Both the position numbers and the translations under genes were made by a program. 64,000 nt of DNA from Pirellula staleyi DSM 6068 (GTDB lineage Bacteria; Planctomycetota; Planctomycetia; Pirellulales; Pirellulaceae): contig CAMCMB010000036.1 in NCBI GenBank assembly GCA_945875845.1, forward strand, positions 2,053 through 66,052, read 5' to 3'. Position 1 is the first letter of the stretch, and each line of letters begins with the position of its first letter. The notes below the pieces were generated by a model that was not told the origin of the DNA, did not search any database, and saw nothing but the letters and a program-made list of their open reading frames with translations. Of the stretch, positions 46,277 through 55,314 are shown in pieces.

Positions 46277-47761
46277 TTATTCTCGATTCTCTAAAGTAGT
46301 TACAGGACGTTCGTCTTGAATTGCCAGCCCACGGCATTCGGCTTCAATACTCTGTTGTAAGTCGGCAAGTTCCAGGCCGATTCGCTGTACTAGGTTCAGC
46401 ACTTCCGAATCAATGCTTGTTTCCGATGACTGGCTCCCAGGGATATGGCTCCCAGGAATGTTGTTGTTCCAAGGTGCGGCTTGTTGAACGGATTGATTCA
46501 GACTCGACGGTGCCAATTGCGTTTCGAACGCGTTCAATGCAACGTAAAGGATTGGAACCATCAAGAACAACAAACCAAACGTTCCGGCCAACCATGTGCC
46601 CCTTGCACGGCCCCGCAGATGCAGTTTTCGCGGCAATGGGTTGTGCGCTGGCGATCGAGAATGGGCCAAAGCGGTTCGCAACAGTTCGGCGGCGCTCTCT
46701 GCGTTGCCGATTCGCTCGTCGGCTTGCTTCGCCAGGAAGCAGTTCACCAATCGATCGAACCATATCGGGATTGTTTCGTTGATATCGTAAATGGGTACCG
46801 GCTTCTCTTCACCGACGAGTCGCAGTATTGCCAGTGTCGAATCACCGCGCACTGGCGGCCGCCCCGTTGCCATCGCATACAATACGGCACCCAAGCTATA
46901 CAAATCCGAACGATGATCGATCGAGGCACCCCGAGCTTGTTCGGGACTCATATATTGCGGTGTCCCGGCCACCATGCCACTATTGGTTAGCGAAGCATCG
47001 TCGATCGTGCGAGCCAACCCAAAATCGCTGAGAAGCACTCGATGTCCTCCTTCGTCCAGCAAAATGTTGGCAGGTTTGATATCGCGATGCACCAAACCAA
47101 GACGGTGGGCGGCTACCAACGCTTCCGCAATCTGCACGCCGACCGATAGGATCTCAGAGATCGGTAATGGACCTTCGCGGTCCAGTCGCTGCTGTAAGTT
47201 GCCACCGGCGACGAAGGGCATCACTAGATAGGGCAAAACGCCTTCGGTTGCAACCGTGTAGATCGGCACAATGTTGGGGTGAACGACGGCAGCAGCGGCT
47301 TGCGCCTCGCGAAAGAACCGTTGGCGGGCGGCACCATTGCTTGCAAGCATGGGCGAAAGCAACTTCACCGCCAAGGGACGATGCAGTTCTTCGTCCCAAA
47401 CCTTAAGCACAACTCCCATTCCGCCTTGACCGATGACTTCTCGAACGGCGCGACCATCCAACGTGCCTATCGAATGCTTGTCATTGGCTGGTTTCAGCAG
47501 ATTTACGACCCAGGCGACTGCATTGTCAATCGGTGGGCATATGTTGGGCTCTACGGAAAGGCTCAATGCATAGGAGTCCTTGAGAGTCCGTTGTGTATCG
47601 AGCCACCAACCATCGGGGGCCGTTATTTGGTCCAGTTTTCGACGGCAGGCTGCACAACTGTCCAAATGAGTCGTAATGGAGAGCTCATCGGCCTGCGTGA
47701 GTCGAGCATGGAGCAACTCGGCCAACAAATCTGGGTTGCATTCGTCGCGGCGAGCAATCAT
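46277..47761 (-). CDS. Ser/Thr protein kinase with N-terminal zf-HC2 anti-sigma-like motif and C-terminal TM segment
   Basis: HLDSCAACRRKL. Kinase motifs IGQGGMGVV, LAVKLL, HRDIKPANILL, DFGLAR and GTPQYMSPEQ. TM helix WLAGTFGLLFLMVPILYVAL. Confidence 0.85.
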   Translation of the reverse strand: MIARRDECNPDLLAELLHARLTQADELSITTHLDSCAACRRKLDQITAPDGWWLDTQRTLKDSYALSLSVEPNICPPIDNAVAWVVNLLKPANDKHSIGTLDGRAVREVIGQGGMGVVLKVWDEELHRPLAVKLLSPMLASNGAARQRFFREAQAAAAVVHPNIVPIYTVATEGVLPYLVMPFVAGGNLQQRLDREGPLPISEILSVGVQIAEALVAAHRLGLVHRDIKPANILLDEGGHRVLLSDFGLARTIDDASLTNSGMVAGTPQYMSPEQARGASIDHRSDLYSLGAVLYAMATGRPPVRGDSTLAILRLVGEEKPVPIYDINETIPIWFDRLVNCFLAKQADERIGNAESAAELLRTALAHSRSPAHNPLPRKLHLRGRARGTWLAGTFGLLFLMVPILYVALNAFETQLAPSSLNQSVQQAAPWNNNIPGSHIPGSQSSETSIDSEVLNLVQRIGLELADLQQSIEAECRGLAIQDERPVTTLENRE

Positions 47762-48351
47762 GACGCTTCCTCATCGATAAACGGATCGATCAAATTCTTG
47801 ATACGAGCAAGGGTCCGACACCGAGCCACATAGACGGCGCCAACGGTCATGTCCAATCTTCGAGCTACCTCGATCGCGGGGAGCCTCTCAACGGCAGTCA
47901 ACCAAAACGCCTGCCAAGTGACTGGCTGACTGGATTGTCGAATCTGTTCGGCGGCCCATTGAAAATGCTGCTGACGCTCTTCGATCAGAAACATACTAGA
48001 TTCATCGGATTCGACTCGCGGAATTTCAGATAGTCGTCGAAGGACATCGCTACCGCCGATAGGCCTTTCGCGTCGACGGCGGATCAAATCAATGCTTGCA
48101 TGTCTCGCAATTTTGGAAAGCCAACCACGAAACCGACCACCAGCTTGAGTGTCAAACAGTTCCACTTTTTTGCTGACAACGAGCAGCACTTCCTGGGAAA
48201 CCTCGCGAGCATCGGCATCTTGCAAACCAAATCGTTTTGCGAATCGATAGATGACAGGCTCGTAGATAGCGCAAAACTCCGACCAAGCGGTCGCGTCCGC
48301 ACGATCGTGCAGGCGTCGCAGCAATGAGTGTCGGGTTTGGGGAATTACCAT
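47758..48351 (-). CDS. ECF-type RNA polymerase sigma factor
   Basis: Region 2: FCAIYEPVIYRFAKRFGLQDADAREVSQEVLL. Region 4: LPAIEVARRLDMTVGAVYVARCRTLARI. ATGA overlap with the kinase gene. The start is uncertain (48351, 48378 or 48420). Confidence 0.85.
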   Translation of the reverse strand: MVIPQTRHSLLRRLHDRADATAWSEFCAIYEPVIYRFAKRFGLQDADAREVSQEVLLVVSKKVELFDTQAGGRFRGWLSKIARHASIDLIRRRRERPIGGSDVLRRLSEIPRVESDESSMFLIEERQQHFQWAAEQIRQSSQPVTWQAFWLTAVERLPAIEVARRLDMTVGAVYVARCRTLARIKNLIDPFIDEEAS

Positions 48352-48552
48352 CGTGGTTGGCTCCAAGGAAATATGCATTCTGCTTGAAACACGAGCATGG
48401 TGGCAATTCCTTACAAGCAATAGTCATAATTAATAAAAAAAGACAGCGGCACCCATGGGACCAATGCCCCGATCCATCGTTTGGACGGGACAGTGGCGTA
48501 AGCTTCCAGCTTGCGATGCATCCCAGACGGCAAGCTAGAAGCTTACCCCACT

Positions 48553-49665
48553 TTAATTCTCAACCGAAAATCGAAAGATTGTCTTGGACGCCCAGTTTTC
48601 ATTGGGACGAAGCGTCGTCGACGGAAATTCGGGCCTATTGGGCGAGTCCGGATAGTGCTGCGTCTCTAAACAAAAGCCGCCATGTTTGGGAAACGGATTG
48701 CCGTTAAAACCGTTGGCCGTGTAAAGCTGGACTCCGGGTTCGGTGGTTAGGCATTCCATCACGCGCCCAGACTTCTTGTCGGTCACTTTGGCTGCGGGAC
48801 GAAGTGTACCCGCTTTCCCCGCTAAGACATAATTGTGGTCGTAACCGCGTGTCGATTCGCTCAACTGTTCGATTCTCTCTCCGATTCGGTGTGGCTGCCT
48901 GAAATCAAGCGGGGTTCCAACGACGGATGCAATCTCACCCGTAGGGATCAATGCCTTGTCGGCTACCGTATAAGTGGCCGACATCAACTGCAATTCCTGA
49001 TCCAGGATGTCGGAACCGTTGCCGGCCAAATTGAAGTATGCGTGATTGGTTAAGTTGACAACCGTTGGCTTATCTGTTTTGGCTTGATAGTCAATGGACA
49101 GTTCGTTTCGATCCGAAAGGGAATAGGTAACCGTGACGACGAGTTTACCTGGGAAACCTTCTTCGCCATCCCGGCTTTCGTAGGTTAATGCAACCTGAGG
49201 CACGCCATCGCTGAGTGAAGCGACTCCCTTCCAGAACACTTTGGCAAAATTGCTTTTTCCGCCGTGGATGTGGTTTTCCCCTGAATTTTTGGTCAGGAGA
49301 TAGGTGCGACCGTCTAACGGAAATTGGGCACCTTGAATACGGTTTGCATAGCGACCAATGATCGAGGCCGCCGGGAATCCCTTGACGTATGCCTCTAGCG
49401 AATCGGAGCCAAGAACAACGTTGTTCAACTTGCCGTTTCGATCCGGGACGAGCAATTGAGTCAGTGTTGCTCCGTATTCAATAACATCCGCCTGAAGACC
49501 ACGGCTATTGATCAGCGTAAACTTCTTGACATCGTCACCATTGGGCAATGTGCCAAACGACTTTGTTTCGATGCTGGGTTCCGAACCGATAGATAACAAA
49601 CTGGAATAAAGGAATAGTCCTGCCGTGAATAGGATTGAACCGGGGCGAATGAGGCGTCGTGACAT
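48553..49665 (-). CDS. galM: Aldose 1-epimerase (galactose mutarotase), secreted
   Basis: IGRYANRIQGAQFPLDGRTYLLTKNSGENHIHGG, LTNHAYFNL, RGYDHNYVL. The likely start is MSRRLIRPGSILF... at 49665; the track ORF extends to 49905. Confidence 0.85.
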   Translation of the reverse strand: MSRRLIRPGSILFTAGLFLYSSLLSIGSEPSIETKSFGTLPNGDDVKKFTLINSRGLQADVIEYGATLTQLLVPDRNGKLNNVVLGSDSLEAYVKGFPAASIIGRYANRIQGAQFPLDGRTYLLTKNSGENHIHGGKSNFAKVFWKGVASLSDGVPQVALTYESRDGEEGFPGKLVVTVTYSLSDRNELSIDYQAKTDKPTVVNLTNHAYFNLAGNGSDILDQELQLMSATYTVADKALIPTGEIASVVGTPLDFRQPHRIGERIEQLSESTRGYDHNYVLAGKAGTLRPAAKVTDKKSGRVMECLTTEPGVQLYTANGFNGNPFPKHGGFCLETQHYPDSPNRPEFPSTTLRPNENWASKTIFRFSVEN

Positions 49666-49969
49666 GTTGGATCTCGAGCGAGGGGAGGAATCTGGTAGCA
49701 AAGTCCCAATCCATGATAACCGAACGACTCGGGCTCGACGTGAATGAGACGCAAGGGTCAGAAAGCAAACGACTAACCATAGAGGCACCGAGGACACAGA
49801 GTTTCCTCGCGAAGTTCTCTGTGAACTCAGATGTCTCTGTGAAATACCAACGAAACAAATTTTACTTGCTATCAACAGAACTTTCATGCACTGAGTTAAA
49901 CTCATTGGGTGTTACACAGCGTAACTTTTTCGCGAGTCACCCACCGCAAAAACCGGCTGAACAGAATTC

Positions 49970-52900
49970 ATGAACATCGATAAATGCTCTTGCTTGGTCG
50001 CTACCAACCGTTTGGAATCGCTTGGATATTATGAAATTGCATCACGATTGAAACTATCGAACGGATGTGGTTGGCCGAAAAGCGTTTTGTGTCTCTTAGC
50101 CTTGCTGCTCCAATTTTCACCGATTGGCTTGGCAATGAGTGCAGAGGAAACGGAGCGATGCGATCTGTTGCTTCGAAACGGCACGATTCACGTTGGGGAC
50201 GGGAGCGAGGGTTTTATCGGCGACGTCGCGATTCGAAATGGGCGAATCCTCGCGATTGGGAAAAATCTCAGTCGACCCGCCGATAGGGTTTTGAATTGCG
50301 AAGGGCTCGTGGTCTCCCCCGGCTTTATCGACCTGCATACGCACAGCGACGATCCCATTCTGAAACGCGACACACGAGCCAACATCAACTACTTGCTACA
50401 AGGATGTACGACCTCTGTGACTGGCAATTGCGGTTCTGGGCCCACCGATGTCGGCAAGTTCTTGGATCAAGTGGATAAAGAAGGTGCCGGCACGCACGTC
50501 ATCCATCTATTACCACACGGTAGCCTTCGCGAACGTGTCATGGGGAAAGAAAACAAATTGCCAACCGAGGCAGATCTCGAAAAGATGCGCGTTCTGGCCG
50601 ACAAAGCCATGCAGGACGGGGCTTTTGGAATGTCGACTGGCCTCATCTATATTCCTGGAACCTTCTCAAAAACCGAGGAGTTGATCGAGATAGCCAAGGT
50701 CGTTGCGAAACACAAAGGCATCTACGCAAGCCACGTTCGAAACGAAGGAACGCAACTGATCGATAGCATCGAAGAAATAGTCCGAATTGGAAAAGAAGCG
50801 GGTCTGCCAGTTCACGTATCCCACTTCAAAGCCAGCGGTACTCCATCCTGGGGAACGCTGCACGTCGCTACCGCCCTTATCGAGAAAGTGCGAGCGGAGG
50901 GGTTGGCAATCACCGCCGATCAGTATCCGTATACTGCGTCGAGCACTTCACTGGAAGCGACTCTCCTACCAAGCTGGGCAAGGGAAGGCGGCCGAGAAGA
51001 ACTGAAAAAACGCCTCAATGACCCAGCCACGGCAGACAAAATTCGCGTGGCGATCGTCAAGTCGCTGGCAACCACCCACCGCATTCAATTGGCCACATGT
51101 AAGTTTCGGTCGGATTGGATAGGAAAGACCCTCGACGAAATCGCGACGGCCGAGAAAAGCGAAATCGCGGACATCGTCATGAAGATTGAGCGCGAGGGTG
51201 GCGCAGCAGTCGTCCATTTTGGAATGAACGAAGAAGACGTACGAATGGCGATGAAATTTCCTTGGGTCGCAACCGCCAGCGATGGGGGCGCGAAAGTTCC
51301 TACTGCCAGCCAACCGCATCCGCGTTCCTTTGGGACATTCCCACGCAAAATTGGCCGATACGCGATCGAGGACGGAGTGCTATCGCTCGCCGCTGCAATC
51401 CGAAGTTCAACTTCGTTGCCGGCGGACATCTTGGGACTAACCGATCGCGGTCGGCTCAAAGTAGACACGATGGCCGACCTCGTTGTTTTTGATCCCAAGG
51501 CGTTCCGCGATCAAGCGACCTACGACCAACCCTACTTGACTCCCTCAGGCATCCGGCACGTCATCGTGGAAGGCGCGATGGCGGTGTTCGAAGGACAAGC
51601 CACGGGCGCACTGGCCGGCCATGCGATCCGCAAACCGAAAGCGACAACAGTCGCAACCACACGGCCGGAAACCAACGTCAATCCAGCTTGGTCGGTCGAC
51701 AAACTCGTCGCAATGCTCAAGGCGGCTCCCGTCCGTACCGGCCTCGATCGAAGCGTCTCAACGACGCCCTTTGCTTCGATCGATTTCACGGCGTACGCGG
51801 GGGACCGAAGCCAACTTCCGATAGGGGTTTTTGATTCGGGTATTGGAGGATTAACCGTTCTTGAAGCGATCTTGGCCAGCGACTTGCACAACAACAAGTC
51901 GGGAAAGCCAGGTGCCGACGGCATCCCGGATTTTCAGTCCGAGCGGTTCATCTATCTTGGCGATCAAGCCAACATGCCTTATGGCAACTATCCAGAACGT
52001 GGCCGTGAAGATTTTTTGCGAGAACTGATTATCAAGGATTCGATCTTTCTGTTGGGCAATCGTTATTGGGCGACCCGCGATGCGATGAAACCCTCGTTTG
52101 ATAAGCCGCCGGTCAAGGCCATCGTGATCGCATGCAATACCGCCACCGCCTTTGGTCTAGAAGATCTCCGAAGAGCCTTGGAGCAATGGGAGATTCCCAT
52201 CGTGACGGTCGGAGTGGTCGAAGCAGGCGCAGGGGCGATCATGGATCAAGTCAAAGAAGGTGACAAGCAAGGTGGCAAGCAAGGGGCGGTGGCGGTGCTG
52301 GCAACCTTGGGGACTTGCAATAGCGGAGCGTACCCCAGGGCCATCGGCCAAACCGCTGGTCGCCGTGGGTTGTTGGTACCCAAGATTCTGCAACAAGGTA
52401 GCCTGGGACTCGCCGGAGCCATCGAAGGGGATCCTGCATTCGTGGCGATCCCAAGCAACTCCACTGAGAAGGCGAACGCGATCCAATATCGAGGTCCTTC
52501 GACCGACCGGCCCGAGGCAACCATCGATCCAAAGCTACTGCAAGAGTACGGCTTTGACATGGAAAAGGTAATTGGCAATCCGAATGAGGTAAGCACTTGG
52601 CAACTCAACTCAATCGAAAACTACATTCGGTACGATGTGACGACGCTGATGGAAAACTATCGTAAATCGATCGTTGGGAATCCAGTGCCGATTCAGTACA
52701 TCCTGTTGGGTTGTACTCATTTCCCGTTCGAATCGGATCGAATTGAAAAGGCCTTTGGAAGATTGCGATCGTTTCGCGACTCAACTGGTCAGCTTCCCTA
52801 TCAGGCGTTGATCGCGGAAAATGTTCAGCTTGTGAACACGTCGCAGCTGACTGCCAAAGACTTGTTTAGGCAACTCTTTTTGCAGCGGCTTTTGGCAAAG

Positions 52901-53149
52901 CCGGACTTGAACTCGGTTTCCCCAAAACACCAAATCTATCTCTCGGTTCCCAATACAGCGCAGGTTGCGGAAAATGCGCTTGAGCAGGGTTGGCTAACGT
53001 TTGATTTCAAGTACGGCCGTTCTGCTGGAGAGTACGCGATGGAGCATACCAAGGTTGTCCCGCTTGAACCAAATCTGTTGCCAGCGAACTCGGCAAGCCT
53101 TTTAAAATCCTATGCGCCCAACGTGTGCAAACTGATAGGACTGAACTGA
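49970..53149 (+). CDS. Fusion protein: N-acyl-D-amino-acid deacylase (D-aminoacylase, amidohydrolase fold) + glutamate racemase-like (Asp/Glu racemase) domain
   Basis: N-terminal half: LLRNGTIHVGDG..., VVSPGFIDLHTHSD, YASHVRNEG. C-terminal half: PIGVFDSGIGGLTVLEAI (from about 51821), VIACNTATA (Cys codon 52133-52135), LLGCTHFPF (Cys codon 52712-52714). The start is uncertain (49970, TTG 50048 or ATG 50135). Confidence 0.8.
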   Translation: MNIDKCSCLVATNRLESLGYYEIASRLKLSNGCGWPKSVLCLLALLLQFSPIGLAMSAEETERCDLLLRNGTIHVGDGSEGFIGDVAIRNGRILAIGKNLSRPADRVLNCEGLVVSPGFIDLHTHSDDPILKRDTRANINYLLQGCTTSVTGNCGSGPTDVGKFLDQVDKEGAGTHVIHLLPHGSLRERVMGKENKLPTEADLEKMRVLADKAMQDGAFGMSTGLIYIPGTFSKTEELIEIAKVVAKHKGIYASHVRNEGTQLIDSIEEIVRIGKEAGLPVHVSHFKASGTPSWGTLHVATALIEKVRAEGLAITADQYPYTASSTSLEATLLPSWAREGGREELKKRLNDPATADKIRVAIVKSLATTHRIQLATCKFRSDWIGKTLDEIATAEKSEIADIVMKIEREGGAAVVHFGMNEEDVRMAMKFPWVATASDGGAKVPTASQPHPRSFGTFPRKIGRYAIEDGVLSLAAAIRSSTSLPADILGLTDRGRLKVDTMADLVVFDPKAFRDQATYDQPYLTPSGIRHVIVEGAMAVFEGQATGALAGHAIRKPKATTVATTRPETNVNPAWSVDKLVAMLKAAPVRTGLDRSVSTTPFASIDFTAYAGDRSQLPIGVFDSGIGGLTVLEAILASDLHNNKSGKPGADGIPDFQSERFIYLGDQANMPYGNYPERGREDFLRELIIKDSIFLLGNRYWATRDAMKPSFDKPPVKAIVIACNTATAFGLEDLRRALEQWEIPIVTVGVVEAGAGAIMDQVKEGDKQGGKQGAVAVLATLGTCNSGAYPRAIGQTAGRRGLLVPKILQQGSLGLAGAIEGDPAFVAIPSNSTEKANAIQYRGPSTDRPEATIDPKLLQEYGFDMEKVIGNPNEVSTWQLNSIENYIRYDVTTLMENYRKSIVGNPVPIQYILLGCTHFPFESDRIEKAFGRLRSFRDSTGQLPYQALIAENVQLVNTSQLTAKDLFRQLFLQRLLAKPDLNSVSPKHQIYLSVPNTAQVAENALEQGWLTFDFKYGRSAGEYAMEHTKVVPLEPNLLPANSASLLKSYAPNVCKLIGLN

Positions 53150-53160
53150 AAACAAAGGAA

Positions 53161-53350
53161 AGGGTGAGGCGCCTAACCCCACCCCTCTAAACATGCTTTC
53201 CTCGACTTAGCCCAATCCATTCCTTGCTTGGGAGGGTGAGGCTCCTGCCGAACCATTGCGTCGTAAGCTCGGCAGGAGCCTCGCCCTCCCATTGGTTTCC
53301 AATGCATTCGCCATTGCAAAGATGTTTAGAGGGGTGGCCTCACCCTCCCC
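53161..53350. repeat. Nested palindromic element between convergent genes
   Basis: Inner hairpin GGGAGGGTGAGGCTCCTGCCGA (53230-53251) pairs with TCGGCAGGAGCCTCGCCCTCCC (53269-53290): a 22-bp stem with one G-T pair. Outer inverted repeat 53161-53194 versus 53322-53350 (..CACCCCTCTAAACAT / ATGTTTAGAGGGGTG..). Confidence 0.85.
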
Positions 53351-53504
53351 GTCCATCTGCCACAAACAATGTTTGATCTGGAGTGATAAACATGCCAGAC
53401 GGGGCCATCCCTCCAAACTGTCGCAAGTACTAACCGTCCGAATCACGCGCCGCGTTGAACTTGACGACGCGTGAATTGCCATATCGAACCGTGAGCGTAA
53501 ATTT

Positions 53505-54584
53505 TCAGTCCGCGTGATAACCCTGCCATGTCCAGATGAGCGTGTCCGCCAGGGTCTGCTCGAAGACTTGCTTGTCGCAGTGCTTGGTCTCGCGGCTGAA
53601 TACGTAGCGGTAATCATAGCCTTTGGCTTTGAGGGCAGCGGCTGTACGCTGGTTGGCCATCACCCAGTTGTGGTAGGTTTCTTCGGGATCTTTGGCTCGG
53701 AGGTCGTTCTCGGAGACATGCGTGAAGATTCGAAGCGGTTTCTTGTCACTCTTTTCGATGAGCTTCATACTTGAGTGGTATTCCCATGCCCCAAGTGGAT
53801 ATTTCGCTTCCTCCGGTGCATCGTCGTCTTGTTGATCCACAAACGTACCGGAATAAGTGATCAAACGACGAAACAGGTCCGGGCGAAACCATCCCATTGA
53901 GAGAGCCGCCGCGCCACCCGAACTGCAGCCCATCGCGGCTTTGCCCCAAGGGTTGTCCGTAAACGCGATCTTGGGGAAAGCAGCTTTAATTTCCGCGTTA
54001 TTTAGCACCGCCGATAAAACTTCGTCGTTAATAAACCTAGCCAAGCGGTCTGACATCGTATCGTATTCGAGACCTCGTTGGCTCCCTTTGCCGTCGTTGC
54101 CACCGTTCTGAACGCCTATCGCAATGAACGCAGGCAGCTTGCGAGCTGGATCCTTAGAAATGGTCAAATTGTCCAACGCATTGCGAACTAAATTGAGATT
54201 GCTTGGTCCATCATGCATGACAAGGATCGGTGCCTTGGTACCGTCTTGATATGCGGCGGGAACGTAAACGGAAATCTCGCGTTCTTTCTTCACGTCCTTT
54301 TTCGGGTCTAGGGTGGAGTCGTCGCCGCGAAATATTTTGCTGTCGGCTAGACGCATCGAGAACTTGAAGAGCTTTCCCTTGGGATTCCCTTGATCCTTGA
54401 GTTCGGGAGCGATCGCATAGTCTGGGCCGATGACAAAGTTACCATTTCCTTCGGTCCCGGGCCTCTCGGAATAACCCTCTTGGGAAAGCGTCGAACTGGA
54501 ACTCAAACCGACGAGGGCCGCCGCGAAACACGTACGAGCGAAAATGGACGGGAACGTTGATTTCAACATCATGGTGAAGAACAA
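53505..54584 (-). CDS. Secreted alpha/beta-hydrolase esterase (esterase D / enterochelin-esterase-like)
   Basis: Signal peptide, nucleophile elbow AAMGCSSGGAAAL, PILVMHDGP. Confidence 0.75.
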   Translation of the reverse strand: MFFTMMLKSTFPSIFARTCFAAALVGLSSSSTLSQEGYSERPGTEGNGNFVIGPDYAIAPELKDQGNPKGKLFKFSMRLADSKIFRGDDSTLDPKKDVKKEREISVYVPAAYQDGTKAPILVMHDGPSNLNLVRNALDNLTISKDPARKLPAFIAIGVQNGGNDGKGSQRGLEYDTMSDRLARFINDEVLSAVLNNAEIKAAFPKIAFTDNPWGKAAMGCSSGGAAALSMGWFRPDLFRRLITYSGTFVDQQDDDAPEEAKYPLGAWEYHSSMKLIEKSDKKPLRIFTHVSENDLRAKDPEETYHNWVMANQRTAAALKAKGYDYRYVFSRETKHCDKQVFEQTLADTLIWTWQGYHAD

Positions 54585-54770
54585 TTAAGAAAGGAGAGGG
54601 GTTGTGAATGGGAAAGCTGCAGGACGAATCCCAGTTCAGAATAGCGAAAATTGTTGGCCATGGTGATTCGCATCGAAAAATTACGACTCTCCAGAATTTC
54701 CCTTCCAGTTCGACTGCTCTACGATAAAGAAGATCAATAGGTGAAATGCTCACTGGAAGGGGATCGAACT

Positions 54771-54932
54771 ATGGACAAATACTCAAGGTCTTTGGCACGT
54801 TTTCTCGAAATGCGAGTGCAAGTTCGTTTGGGAACGTATACCACGGTATTCGGCAACTTGGTTGAGGTGAACTCGGAATTCTTGCGACTGGAAAACTCGC
54901 GTATCGTCGACGAATACGAGGAGTCGGATTGA
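54771..54932 (+). CDS. Small Sm/LSm-like protein, terminated by an in-frame TGA (see findings)
   Basis: MDKYSRSLARFLEMRVQVRLGTYTTVFGNLVEVNSEFLRLENSRIV shows an Sm1-like pattern. The track ORF starts at GTG 54741. Confidence 0.45.
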   Translation: MDKYSRSLARFLEMRVQVRLGTYTTVFGNLVEVNSEFLRLENSRIVDEYEESD

Positions 54933-55155
54933 GGAAGCAAACTTACCGAAGGGGACCCCGAAATGATTGCCGCCAGTTCGGACGGTGAGTCGTTGATTTT
55001 AATGAACTATGTTTCGTCCGTCACCTGCATGCCCGACCAACTCGAATCTCCGCGATCTTCTCAGTCGTCTCGATCTTCGGATTCAACGATGGCGTGGCGT
55101 GAACTTGCAAACGAATCGTCGAGCCAAGATGTCTCTGCGAAAGATGCGTCATTCA

Positions 55156-55250
55156 CGCTTCTTTTGCGGAGCAAAAGGCGGCGATGTTTTGGCCTTCCAC
55201 TCGCTGTGCATTATTTTTTACCACAGAGACACAGAGACACAAAGAAAGGT
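55156..55250. repeat. Copy of the ~95-bp repeat also present at 19509-19605
   Basis: CGCTTCTTTTGCGGAGCAAAAGGCGGCGATGTTTTGGCCTTCCACTCGCTGTGCATTATTTTTTACCACAGAGACACAGAGACACAAAG compared with 19509-19605; most positions are identical by eye. Confidence 0.85.
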
Positions 55251-55314
55251 ATTCGCATATTTGGGAGTACCTTGTTTGTCATGCTTTTTCCCAGGCTGGA
55301 AGCCTAGGCCACCC

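Noticed and set aside
54930-54932. The in-frame TGA read as selenocysteine
   Set aside because: There is no redox-type Cys/Sec motif around it and no obvious SECIS-like hairpin immediately downstream. A nonsense mutation or a genuine stop is more parsimonious.
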